Source: Lentisphaeria bacterium
Lineage (GTDB): Bacteria > Verrucomicrobiota > Lentisphaeria > JABSQK01 > JAWLHB01
Assembly (NCBI GenBank): GCA_041690595.1
Contig: JAWLHB010000017.1
Coordinates: 1-64,000, forward strand
DNA: 64,000 nucleotides
Direction of reading: 5' to 3'
The notes below the pieces were generated by a model, which saw nothing but the letters and a program-made list of their open reading frames with translations, was not told the origin of the DNA and made no database searches. Of the stretch, positions 20,576 to 32,700 are shown piece by piece. Each line of letters begins with the position of its first letter. Positions within the stretch are counted from its first letter, which is position 1. The translations under genes were made by a program, and so were the position numbers.

Positions 20576-23500
20576 TTACTCGTTGTCCGTTACGATGATC
20601 GTTGCCACGCCAGGGGTATGATCAGTGGTGTTCGCGCGGATCACTACCGGCTTGTCTCCGTCCGCGATGATATCGTCAATCGCGTCGATCGCAAAAGTCG
20701 TCGACGACGCTGCGGGTGGTATGGTCACCCTCGACGGAATGTTAATCTCGGTGCTGTCCCCATTCGTGAGGATCACGGTAAGCGGTACCAGCGGCCGCGT
20801 CGAGCGGGTGATTGTGCCTATCGATACATTCGTCCCGCCGGCCTCCGAGACCATGCTGTTGGTCAGCGTCAGCGTCAGCTTCTGTTCGATGTACCCCTTC
20901 TCCAGCAAAATACTCCGTACACCCTCTAGTATCTCCTCCGGTGTCACGTTCGGCTTGTTAACCTCGATCGTCCGCCGCTCATCGATAGTTGCGCCCAGAC
21001 TGCCGAACTCCACGCGTTCATTCGGCATGTTACTGTCGAAGATGAAGCCATTCAGCTTGGTCGCCACGAAGCCGCGATTCATGCCAAACTTCAGGCCGGT
21101 CGAGTTGGTCGTTCCGAACAACGTACGGAATCGCCATGTATCCGCCAACAGGTCCTTTGGCGGCGTATCTACATAGTCTGCCGAGGCCAGCACCTGCACA
21201 TTGCTAGCGGCGGCCTTCGCCACAAACTTCTGCACGGCAATCCCACCAGCTTCCGTCATCGTCCCCCAGTGCTCTTCATGAAACACCGGTTCGCCATTGA
21301 GATTGCTGTAGTACATGATCGCCTTCATGTTCCGATTGCCGCGATCATCCACCATCATGCCGTTACGGTAGCTGTTCAACACGCTGCTGTCACCACGCCC
21401 CGAGGTCGACTGCTGTACCGAGTACACGATAGCATCCCGGCTATATGGATCCGTCCCACTGAGAAAGTGGAAATAGTTCGGCACGTTGTCAAGATTCTCG
21501 TCTCCATTCGGATTGATCACATCCAGATTCGCGTTATTGCCGAAGAAGAACCGCTCCCAATCATCAGGAAGTCCATCACCCGCACCACCGTTATCCGTAT
21601 CCGGTCGCCCTTGGATGGAAAGCTTCATGTGAGTAATCTCTCCGCGGCCAGATGCAGATGCATTGCGGACTGTCAGCTTCCATAGACCTCGCGACGGTTC
21701 CCCGTAATGCCGAACCGATCGGAATGGCCAGAAAGACAGGCCTGCTCCGTGTTGACCAACAGAGCCCGGAGCCGCTTCACTGAGTAGACTTGTCGTTCCA
21801 TTCGGGGATGTGAGCACAAATTCGTATTGGTGCCAGCTGTGATGTTCCGCACCAGGAAAGACAGACATCTCGATGACCACCTCGACGTGCTCCACGAAGA
21901 GATTGTCCATATTGTCAAACTCGAACTCATTTGCGATGGTTTCCTCAGGACCCACTAAAACCAGGTTCGAATCCGCCAACTCCAGGACTCTGCTGGTGCG
22001 CGGCCCTGTCGAAATAAAACTCTCCGCGCGATGCACCGCGGCCTCCGCATCCACACGCCCGAAACCATACAGATTGTTGTACCAATACGTGTGTCCGAAA
22101 AGCCCATCTTCAGTGATGTATTCATACGTCAGTCCATCTTCCCAGCCAGGGTGGCTCGGATCGTTCTGAACTGCCGTTGTCAGCAGGATATGCTGAACAT
22201 CCTGCCACGTCAGCGTAGGATTCGCCTGAAGCATCAAGGCCACCACTCCAGAGACAAGGGGGGCTGCCGAACTCGTACCGCCAAAAAACCAGTCATAATT
22301 GCCTGGATCGTTACCGGCGTCGTCCATGAAGTCGGTCGTCAGGATGCCGAGGTTGCCCCCGTTCGACGGGGCGTTGATCAGATTCGCGGTGCCTGGATTG
22401 GAATAGTATGCATGCGTACCAAAGTTGTTACTCGCAGCTACCGTAATGGTATAGGGTGAATTCGTATAGGTCTGGTAGTTCACATCGTCCCAATCCTGAT
22501 AGCCGTTGCCGCCGGCCCACACGATGATGTTGCCAAGACCATTCCGACCTGTCGTGATATCCTTGCGGAAAGCCGCGTGAACCGCCGGCGGCGCAAAATA
22601 CGGATTATGAAATCCTATGGAGTAGCCCCAGCTGTTATTGTAAATGTCCACCGCGGTGTTGAGCCGCTGCTGCGAATCCGCTTCCTGATCAGAATCTGCC
22701 TCAAAAAGACCATTTCTGAATACCTGATGGTTGATCATGACCGCTCGCGGCGCCACCCCGATGATGCCCACGCGATTGCCACCTATCGCACCAATGACGC
22801 CAGCTACCGCGGTTCCGTGATTGCCTGTCGACAACCTGCTGTCAATTACACCGCTGGTGCTCTGCGTATAGTCCTTGAAATACGCTCGCCGAACATTGTA
22901 CCACAAGTCCTCGTGCTCGGCCTCAATCTGATCGTCTACCACGGCAATGACTTCATTCGGTGACCCAGTGTACGTGTTCCAGATGCTCCCGATGTTGGCG
23001 TCCGCCCTGACGGCCCCGAACTCGCGCCCCGGGTTCCGCAGATGCCATTGATCACTGAACAGCGGATCGTTAATCACAAAGCCGCTGCTGGTGCTGTTGC
23101 CCGTGTTTATATGGTTCGGGTACGCGTAATCAACCTCTGCATTCTCAGCGATGTCGTTGGCAAGACTCAATACCTTGAAGGCATCCGCCACTGTGTAGAT
23201 GCGAATATAATCTTCAATGCTGCTGATCCGGCCCTTGCCCAACCCATAGCTTTCGGCAACTTTCGCTATACGGCTCTCATTCCAGTCCTCCGGGAAATGA
23301 ACGATGATCTCGCCAGTAGTGATCAACCGCACTTCGCCACCAAGCTTCAGGACCGGCACCACCTTACTGCCGCCCGTCTTCGCCGCAAGCTCCTGCCGTG
23401 ATGAGGTCGTGCTCGCCTTCGCGTCCGGCACCGTCACCACAAGGTACTTCGACGTGGCCACCAGTACGTTCGAATCGCCACTGCTGACGCCAAGGCGCCC

Positions 23501-23692
23501 ACCTTCTGGAGCACCTTCGTCCATCGAGTCGCCAAGGACGGCCACTTCGTCCGCCGCAATCGATACCTGCAGCTTCTGCTTGCCATAACGAATGTAGCTC
23601 TCGGACCCGGCTTCCAGGGACATGCCCACCACCAGCCCCGCCATCAGGCAGAGACGGCGGATCCAGCGGTTCAGACCAAGCGTATCTTTCAT
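20576..23692 (-). CDS. secreted S8 (kexin/furin-like) serine protease with P domain, Ca-binding-like motif, unknown shared domain and C-terminal Calx-beta-like domain
   Basis: Signal peptide, prodomain, triad IAVVDD / NHGTAVAG / GGTSSAAP, oxyanion WAGGNG, P domain (VEHVEV...GEPSRGLWKLTV), GDGLPDDWE, terminal IDAIDDIIADGD...IVTDNE. Start 23692 has a GGAGG RBS. Confidence 0.92.
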   Translation of the reverse strand: MKDTLGLNRWIRRLCLMAGLVVGMSLEAGSESYIRYGKQKLQVSIAADEVAVLGDSMDEGAPEGGRLGVSSGDSNVLVATSKYLVVTVPDAKASTTSSRQELAAKTGGSKVVPVLKLGGEVRLITTGEIIVHFPEDWNESRIAKVAESYGLGKGRISSIEDYIRIYTVADAFKVLSLANDIAENAEVDYAYPNHINTGNSTSSGFVINDPLFSDQWHLRNPGREFGAVRADANIGSIWNTYTGSPNEVIAVVDDQIEAEHEDLWYNVRRAYFKDYTQSTSGVIDSRLSTGNHGTAVAGVIGAIGGNRVGIIGVAPRAVMINHQVFRNGLFEADSDQEADSQQRLNTAVDIYNNSWGYSIGFHNPYFAPPAVHAAFRKDITTGRNGLGNIIVWAGGNGYQDWDDVNYQTYTNSPYTITVAASNNFGTHAYYSNPGTANLINAPSNGGNLGILTTDFMDDAGNDPGNYDWFFGGTSSAAPLVSGVVALMLQANPTLTWQDVQHILLTTAVQNDPSHPGWEDGLTYEYITEDGLFGHTYWYNNLYGFGRVDAEAAVHRAESFISTGPRTSRVLELADSNLVLVGPEETIANEFEFDNMDNLFVEHVEVVIEMSVFPGAEHHSWHQYEFVLTSPNGTTSLLSEAAPGSVGQHGAGLSFWPFRSVRHYGEPSRGLWKLTVRNASASGRGEITHMKLSIQGRPDTDNGGAGDGLPDDWERFFFGNNANLDVINPNGDENLDNVPNYFHFLSGTDPYSRDAIVYSVQQSTSGRGDSSVLNSYRNGMMVDDRGNRNMKAIMYYSNLNGEPVFHEEHWGTMTEAGGIAVQKFVAKAAASNVQVLASADYVDTPPKDLLADTWRFRTLFGTTNSTGLKFGMNRGFVATKLNGFIFDSNMPNERVEFGSLGATIDERRTIEVNKPNVTPEEILEGVRSILLEKGYIEQKLTLTLTNSMVSEAGGTNVSIGTITRSTRPLVPLTVILTNGDSTEINIPSRVTIPPAASSTTFAIDAIDDIIADGDKPVVIRANTTDHTPGVATIIVTDNE

Positions 23693-23751
23693 TAGTTTCC
23701 TATCCTCCAGTTGTGAGTCGAAAAGCTTAAGTGTTCTCTCGCGGCCTTCAT

Positions 23752-23760
23752 AGTATAGCA
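23752..23760 (-). promoter_or_regulatory. possible extended -10 promoter for the protease
   Basis: Minus strand TGCTATACT, between the giant gene stop and the protease start. Confidence 0.35.
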
Positions 23761-23769
23761 CCTTCGTCA

Positions 23770-26700
23770 TCAGTTGCTCGGTTTGTAGCCATTAACATTC
23801 AGCAACTGCAACAAATCCTGCACCGCATCATTCGCGGACTTGCCGCCAATGATCGAATCGATGGTCATGCCACCGTCCAGTGTCAGCTTGATCGTGTACA
23901 TCGACCAGGTGTTATCCGAACGATCCATCCGGAACTCATGGCCGCCAAGGCTCGGCGCAAGCTCAACCGTGTGGCTGCCACCGATTCCGGTGTACACGCT
24001 TGCCGCACCTTCCAGAATGCGCCACTTCTCGCTGGTGGCACTCAGGGTCGACGAACCGAGAACCTGGTAGCGGTGCTGCTGGAAGACCTTCTGCGTATTC
24101 AGCATGTCGCCCTGCGACCAGTCCTCCATCCGGTACCAACGATTGTTACCGGTTGCACCATAGAAGATAGCCATGACTGTCTGGCGCTGCGTGTCCACAA
24201 CCAGGAAGCCATTCTTGTTCACCGCACTCAATCGGCCACCACCGATATCGTTGCCGGTTACCGACAGACGATACACGGCCGCACAATCTTCCGTGCTCGC
24301 CGACGGTTCAACCGTGCCTTCATAGCCGACTGGCGAGATTGCCGTCAGTGCGAGGCTGGTACTGCCCATGTTCACATAGCTGTGCCCTTGCAGCATCTCA
24401 CCGAAGACCCGCACCGCGTTGTTGATATCCCACTTGTCGACGACCGTCGTCAGGCTGTCGGAGAAGCGGGCGGTAATCGCTACCTGGCGGTGGAAGCCTG
24501 GTGCCAACTCGATGCTGTCCAGCTTGCCGCTGAACGACTGCACCACATCCTCCCGCTTCCCGCTGGACAACCGGATGCCCTGGCTCACCCCACCATACAG
24601 GTAGCGGAATGTCTGCACATCTCCATCCACTGATGTGCTCGTCGCCACATCGTACAGGCTCCGCGATCCAATGTCCGTGGTGCTGATCTTCACATCCGAC
24701 CAGTCTTCCACGCGATACACATTGCGACCGTTTTCGCTGCTTGTCAGCAACGCCGATACGCGGTCATACTGACGATCCACCAGCAGCCAACCACGGGTGC
24801 GACTGCGCTTGTAGCTGTTGTTGCCAAAGTCCGTCATGTCCAGATCGAGGCTATAGACCACCACCGTCGAGTCGAATTCCGCTACGGTCAGATCCACCTG
24901 CCGGCTTTCGCTCGCGCCCGTGCTCACGTTCAGGAACGAGATCGTGTCCTGGTAGCTGCCGAAGGCGTAGCTCTCCGCTGCATCGTTGATCGTCACCGCA
25001 ACGGTAGCGGTCTGCCCGCCTTCCAGCACGCCCGTCTCCGGCGTTACGTCCAGCCAGTCCGCCTGCTTCACCGCACGCCAGGCAAGCTCGCCTTCGCCGG
25101 CATTATGCAGCGTGTACGTCTTTGTCGACGGCGTGAACGGTCCACCCGTCATACCCGCGGATTGCAGACTCTCCGTCTCCGCCACGATCAACAGCCCGAG
25201 TGGCGACGCGGAGGTCAACGTCAAGTTTACGTTGCAACTCGTTGTTCCCTGATTGTTCGTCGAATTCGTGAACGTCACGCCGCTCGTATGAACGCACGGA
25301 TATACTCCATCCGGCGAACGCAGCAGACGCGCACTGCCATTTACCGACACCACCACCGTCGTTGACTGCCCAGGCTGCAACTCTCCATTCACCGTCGAGA
25401 GCGTTACCCACGAATGGTTGCGGCTCACGTTGAAGAACAGAGGCATGCTGCCCGTATTCTTCAGAACGTACGACTGCGAGCTCGGCAGGAACGGACCGCC
25501 CTGTACGCCAGTCGGCGCAAAGTCCCCAACCGGCGATACCTGCAGATTCCCGCCATTCAGGCCCGTTATCGTCAGTTCCACATTGCGTTCGGTATCTCCC
25601 AGCCCCGGACTGCCGGCAGTCACGTTGCGGAACCGGATCAACTCTGGGTAGACGCCGGCGCTGAGCTGTTCCGCCCCTGTGCCAATGCTTACCGTCACCT
25701 CGGCCGATTCATCGGGGGCCAGTGTGCCCGAATCGATGCTGAAGATCAGCCATGGCGACTGCGACGCAGCTTCTACGGCGAAGCTGAGCTGGGCCTTACC
25801 CGTATTCTTGACCGTGTAGACCTTCGCCGCCGGCGTGAACGGACCGAAACGACGGCCGCTCGAGATGAAGCTCTCTACAGGTGTCACCACCAGCACGCCA
25901 GGATCACCCGTGATGTTCAAGGTTACCTGACGCTCCGGCACTCCACCTAGACCATTCGCCGTATTGAAGAAGCGGATTGTCTCATGATACGAGCCAACAG
26001 GCAGCTGCTGCGCAAACCGGTTGAAGATGACCTCCACTTCAACGGACGCACCCTTCGGCAGCACACCACTGCGAGCCGACAAGCTCAGCCAGGAGACAGT
26101 GTTCACCATCTGCGTCGACCAGGAAATCTCGTCGTCACCTATATTGGTTATGGTATACGTGGACGACCCTGGTTCTATTGCAGTGCCCTGCAGCGCCGTG
26201 CGAACGATGGCATCAGCCGGTGTCACATCCATGATGCCGCCAGTGCCCGTGGTCACGTTCAACGTGATCAGACGCACTGAATCACCATAGCCACTCGCTC
26301 CGAACGTCACATTCTGGATCAGCAACGAGTCATTGTAGATCCCAACCGGCTTGATTGTCGCCTCCTCATTGACCGTCACGGTCACCGTTGTCTCTTCGCC
26401 CGGCAACAGTGTGCCCGACGTCGTCGACAGCGTTACCCAGCTCGAATTCTGCTGCAGCGACACCTGCCAGTCCAGAACCTGCTCGCCAATATTCTTCAGC
26501 ACGTAGGCACCTGCCTCGCTTCCAAGCACACTCCGATCGTACTGCGGCGTATTGATCACAATCGACGACGTCGGCGTCACGTTCAGAATGCCAGGATTCC
26601 CTGTCACCGTAATGCTCGCACTACGCGTGGTGGTGCCGAATCCGTCGTTCACATTCACGAACTGCAGCAGATTCTGATACTGCCCCACCGCCAGACGGCG

Positions 26701-29700
26701 CGCATAGTGATTGACCACTACCGTCACCGTCGTCGCCGCGTTCGGCTCCAGAATTCCCTGTGTGTTCGAAAGCGTCACAATATCGAGGGACCCATCGCCA
26801 AATTCCGACAGCGGACTCCAGTTGGAAGGCATGCTGCCAACCGACCAGACCAACGGTGCTCCGCCGATATTCGTCAGCGTGTACACGATGGACGGAGGCG
26901 TGAATGGACCACCCGCGGGACCTACCGAATCCAGCCCCGCAAGCTCAGTCACCTTCAAGAAGCTGATCGAATTATCCACCACCGAAAGCACCACGATGCG
27001 CTCCAGCGTCAACCCTTGATTCAGATCCGTGAAGATGATCTTCGCCTGGTAGCTGCCAGGAGGAAGAACCGTGCCCATCGAATTGAGGCTGGCAATGATC
27101 TCCGTCGAGCTGTGGGCGGCAAGAACGCCACTGTCGCCAGTCAGCGTCAACCAGCCATTCAAGGCAGGATTCACATTCGTATACTGAACATCCGCCGTCC
27201 ACTGCAGGCTCAGACCGCCAATATTCGATAGCGTATACATCTGAGAAGATGGCGTGAACGTCCCATACTGCTCACCATTGATCATGAAGGCAGTGGTTGG
27301 ATTGACCCTCAGCTCGCCATAGTTCTCACCTATCGATACCACCACCTGACGCGTCGTCGTACCATGCGTCGACGTGACATTCGTGAAGGTGATCGTGCGC
27401 GTGTACGTGCCGATGGCCAATGCGTCCGCTTCTCGATTCAGTGTCACCGATACGGTCTGGTCGGCATCCGGCGCCAAGCGACCGCCCACGCTCGAAAGCG
27501 TCAGCCAATCTGTCGCCGGCGTTACCACCGCCTGCCAATCCAGCGAAGCCAGACCGGCATTCTGAACGGTCCAGAACTCGCTTGCTCCTGATACGGCCCC
27601 CTGCAGACCATTCACCATCAGTGGCGCCACGGGGTTGACGGTCAGGAAGCCGCTGCTGCCATCTTCAACCGTCAGGATCACCGCGAACGTCCGGGTCGCG
27701 CCGAAGGTAAGATCCGAGATCACCAGCGTCTCGCTGTAACTTCCCGGCTCCAGCACCGTCGCCGGCCTCGTCAAACTCACCTGCAACGCATACGTCGTGT
27801 TCGGCTCCAGTGTGCCGCCAAAGCTCGACAGCGCGAACCAGTTACCGCTGCCACTGGCCGACCAGTCCACTACGGCTGTGCCGGCGTTGGTTAGCGTGTA
27901 ATAGCCACCGCTGATCAACTGGAACGGGCCCGGCAGGGTCCTGTCCGCTTCCGCGGAGTAAGGACCAATCCAGACAGTCGACTCTATAGGCGCTATCAGC
28001 AGTTCACTGTTCGCGGCGTTGACCGTAAGTGCCACCCCACGTGTCGTCGTGCCGAATCCGCTGCTGACGTTCGTGAAGGTCACCGTGTCTGCATACGTCC
28101 CGGCCCCCAGACCGTTCGCCAGCGAGTTCACCTGCACGGACACCGTAATACCCTCACTTGGATTCAGCGTCCCGGAGGTGCTCGACAACGAGATCCACGG
28201 CTCCACCTTGCTTGCCGTCCAGATCAGCGGACGATTCCCGCTGTTCTCCAGCCAGTATTCTCTTGAGGACGGTACGAATGGACCGCCGGCGATTCCTGTC
28301 GAATTCAACGGCAGGCTGTCACGTACCTCAAGCTGCGCGGGCGTACGATGCAGCACGGTCAGCACCACGTTACGCGTCGTGCTGCCATTGTTGCTCGTCG
28401 TGTTCGCAAAGCTGATCGTCGCTTCGTACGTGTTCTCCGGCAGCAGATCGGCGCTGTCATTAATCAATGCCGTCACGGTCGCTGTCGCACCCGGCTGCAA
28501 GTAGCCACTGTCGTTCGAAAGCGACAGCCAGCTCGCATTCTCGCTCGCCGTCCACGCCAGGGCATCGCCGCCGATATTGCTCAGCACGTAATCTGTAGTG
28601 TCCGCACTCCAGGGCCCACCTTCCTGACCACTTGTCGACCATATCGTCAAGCCAGGCTTCACATCCAGATGTCCGGGCTGATCCGTCACGGTCAGTGTCA
28701 CCACGCGGGTCGTGTCGCCCAACTGATTGCTGGTATTCGAGAAGATCAGGGTGTCGCTATAGGTGCCGACGCTCAAGGTCTGATTCGCTACCGCGCTGTT
28801 GATGCTCACTGTCACCGGCACCGTCTGTGATATCGCCGATCCCGCGGGCAGAATACCACCCGTCGAGGAGAGCGATATCCAACTCGACCCATTCAAGCTC
28901 CGCACTGACCACTCAATCGCCTCGCCACCAATGTTCGTCACGTTGTATGTGGCATTGCCTGGCGTGTACGGGCCTCCCGTACGGCCAAAGCTGGAGAACT
29001 GCGACGGGCCCGCGACGTCGAGGAAACCAGGAACGGTATCCAGAATGGTCATCCGCACTGTACGCAACGTGCTGCCATTGCCATTGGTCAGGTTGTTGAA
29101 CGAAACCAGATCCGTATAGACTCCCGGAGACTGCTGATGCGCCGCACTGCTCAGGGAGATCGTCACATTCGCGGATTCATTCGGCAACAGCGCCCCGCCA
29201 AAGCTCGAAAGTGTGATCCACGGCATGTTCCGCGTCACATTCCAGTCCAAGGGCTGACCACCTGTATTCGTTACCGTGTACGTCGTCCACGTCACCGAGA
29301 AGGGACCATTCTCACTGCCGGTGATGATGAAGTCCGTGTTCGGAGTCACCTCGATCGCTCCTGCAGTGTCATTGATCACCAACGTGATCGCACGACTGGT
29401 GCTTCCCTGGCCAGTTGTCTGATTGTAGAAGGTCACCGTCGCCGAGTACTGACCCGCTGCCATCCCGCTGATCTCGCTGTTGAGCATGACACTTACCGTA
29501 ACCTGCTCACCGGCATCCAGCGTTCCACCTGCGTTGCTCAAGCTCACCCAGGTCGGGGTCAGGCCGCTTCCGTCCTTCACGACCGCATTCCAGGCAAACG
29601 GACTCTGGCCGCTATTCCCCAGAACGTAATCCTTGCTCGTCTCTTGGAACGGCTGGTTTACGCCACCGAAGACCTGCAGACCTGTCAGCGGTTCTACCGA

Positions 29701-32700
29701 CAGCAGTCCGCTGTCCGGCTCCCTGACACGCAGCACAACCGGCACACTTACCGTGCCGAGACCACCCGTCAGATTCGTAAAGGTCAGCGTCGTCACGTGT
29801 GTGCCCAACGGCAGACTGAACGAGTTCGTATTGAATGCCGCACGCACCGTCACCGACTGTGTCCATTCCAGAATACCAGAGGTTGACGAGATCGTCAGCC
29901 AGTCCGTATCGCTGGTGATAGCCCAGCTCAACGTCTGGTCGCCAGTGTTCGACAACTTGAAGTCGATAGAACTCTCCGTGAACTCGCCATTCACTGGATT
30001 CAACTCAGACGAAGCCGAACTCCAGTCAACAAGCAGGGTCGCGGGATTCTCCACCAGCGTCAACACCACACTGCGATTGGTGCTGCCGTATCCGGTATCC
30101 GCATTGGCAAAGACCGTCGTGGCTGTATAGGCACCCACTCCAAGCTTGCCGGATTCGCCGTTGATGCTGACCGTTACCGTGGCTGATGCCGACGGCTCAA
30201 GCACACCACCGGAGCTCGACAGCGATACCCACCCCAGCGCCTGATCGTGCAGGACCGCGGCTGTCCACGCCAGCGACTCATGACCGCTGTTCCGCAGCGT
30301 GTACGCCTTGGCCACCACGGTCGCATCGCCAACCTTCTTCACCGCTTCCAGGCCACTGGTATCCTCGACCACCAGGAAGCCGATCGACGCATCGAAGACT
30401 TCCAGCGTGATGCTGCGCGTGCTGGTGCCATTACCATTCGTCTCATTGGTGATGCGCAGCGTATCCGTGTAGATACCCGGCGTCAGCAGCTCAGCCAGAT
30501 TCGTCAAGGCTACCGTCAGCGTAGCAGATTCGCCAGTCGGCAAGCTGCCCCCTGTCGTCGACAGACTCACCCAGCCTTCGCTGCTTGATGCCGACCAGTT
30601 CACGATCTCGCCACCAGTATTCTTCACCACGTAAGACTTCGTGCCGTTGGCAAACGGGCCACCGATCGCACCAGTCGCCTCGAACGGCGCGCCATCCGTT
30701 ATCTCCAACTGCCCAGGCTGCGAATTCACCAGCAACACCGCCGAACGGGTCGTGCTGCCAACCCCGTTCGTCTCATTCGAGAACTGAATCAGCTCCACGT
30801 AGTTGCCTGCATCCTTGCCCATCGCATCGCTGGTGACGCGCGCGGTCACCTGCATCTCGCTGTCAGCTTCAAGATAGCCGCGGACGCTGTCCAGCGACAA
30901 CCAGTCCGCCACTTCACTCGCCGTCCATTCCAGCGGCAGACCACCTGCGTTCTTCAGCGTGTAGGTGAAGCTCGCCGGCGTAAACGGACCGCCAATCTCA
31001 CCCGTGCTGATCCACCCTTCTTCGCCGCTTACTACCAACTGGCCAACTGCCGGCTCGTACAGATCCAGAACCACTGCAACCTGCCTGGTGCCATTCTGGT
31101 TTGTCGCGTTGCTGTAAATAACCGTCGACGTGTAGACCCCCGCATCCAGCTGGTTCGCAAGCGCGTTCACCCGCATCGTCACCGTCACCGAGTAACCGGG
31201 CAGCAGCGTTCCGCTCTGCGCCGACAGCGACAGCCAACTTGCCGACGAACTTGCCGTCCACTCCAGCTCACGGCCGCCAACATTCCTCAGCACGGTCGGG
31301 CCGATCAAATCCAGCTCGTTGTCCAGGTCACCTGGGCTCCCTGCGAAGTGGCGGCCTACCAGTCCGTCAATCAACAGAACGCCAGCTTCCTCGCTCACGG
31401 TCAGTACCACAGAACGACTGGTTGAACCATTGCCGTTCTCACGATTGCTGAAGTAGATCGTCTCCGTGTAAACGCCCGGAGCAAGCTCGCGAGCTGACGA
31501 GTTGATCTGCACCTGCACCTGTGTTGTCCAATCCGGCGCCAGACTTCCACCAACGCTGCTCAGCGTCAGCCAGGGCGCGCTTGCGCTCGCCGACCACTGC
31601 AGGGTGGTAGCACCCGTATTGGACAGCTCATATGGCATGATGTATGGCGCGAACGGACCGCCAGGCGCCCCGATCGAGGAAAGGCCGGCATTCGGCGTGA
31701 CCAGCAGATAGCCGCTGTCCGCACGGCGCAGATCGAGCGAAACGATCATGATCGAGGATGTCCCGGCAGTCACATCCGAGAACGTCAGCGTGTCTGTGTA
31801 GGTAGCGGGAATGTCGAGCAGATGCGACTCACTGTTGAAGCTCGCGCTTACCAGCAGCTCCGCGTCCGGTTCCAGCACGCCACCCGTTGTCGACAGCGAC
31901 AACCAGGACGACTCGTTGGCCGCCGTCCAGACCAATGCCAACCCACCGCTGTTCTTCAAGGTATAGCTGAAGGAAGTCGGCGCGATGGCGCCATGCACGG
32001 TGCCGACAGCCAACCCGGGATTCGCCCCTTCGACTTCCAACACGCCCGGATCGTCACTGATGTTCACTCGGATCGTCCGGCTCTGGTTGCCCAACTGGTT
32101 GTTCGTGTTGCCGAAGTGCACCGTATCGCTGTAGCTGCCCGCCCCAAGATCGTAGATAGAGGAGTTGATACGCACCGTCACCACGACCTCACCCAGCGAC
32201 TCCAGAGTACCGCCAGTCGCCGAAAGACTGAGCCAACTCGCCAGCTTCTCCGCCGTCCAGGACAGCGGCGCACCACCCGAATTCTTCAGCGTGTACGCGA
32301 TCTCGTTCTCCAGCAGCGTACCACCAAGCCCGAACCCTACGGACAGGTTCTCGGCAGGCGTAACGCTCAGGAACTGCGCCGTCGGATCCAGCACTTCCAG
32401 CACCACTTCGCGTACGAAGAAGTTGTTCTCCGAGCCAGCCGTGCTGTTACCGAAGCTCACCACCGCCGTATGCACCCCAATGCCCAGAGTCTGCGCATCG
32501 CGATTGATCGAAACTGCCACATCGACCGTCTTGTCAACCATCAGCTGACCAGTGGTGCCCGACAGGCTCACCCAGTTCGCACTGGCGCTCGCTGTCCAAT
32601 CCAACTCCATGCCACCGATGTTCGACAACTGGTACACCTTCGTGATCGCGCCAACCTGGCCGCCGAATGCCATCGTGCCCGTCAGGCCGATTTCATCCGC

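Noticed and set aside
23693..23770. Protease start at 23770 via TGATG coupling, or read-through fusion with the giant protein
   Set aside because: ATG 23692 has a strong RBS and puts the signal peptide near the N-terminus. The giant gene ends in tandem TGA TGA and is in a different frame.
23770..24864. Autotransporter barrel, RTX/T1SS signal, PEP-CTERM or LPxTG at the giant C-terminus
   Set aside because: No terminal aromatic residue, GGxGxD repeats, or TM helix with basic tail. The protein ends NGYKPSN.
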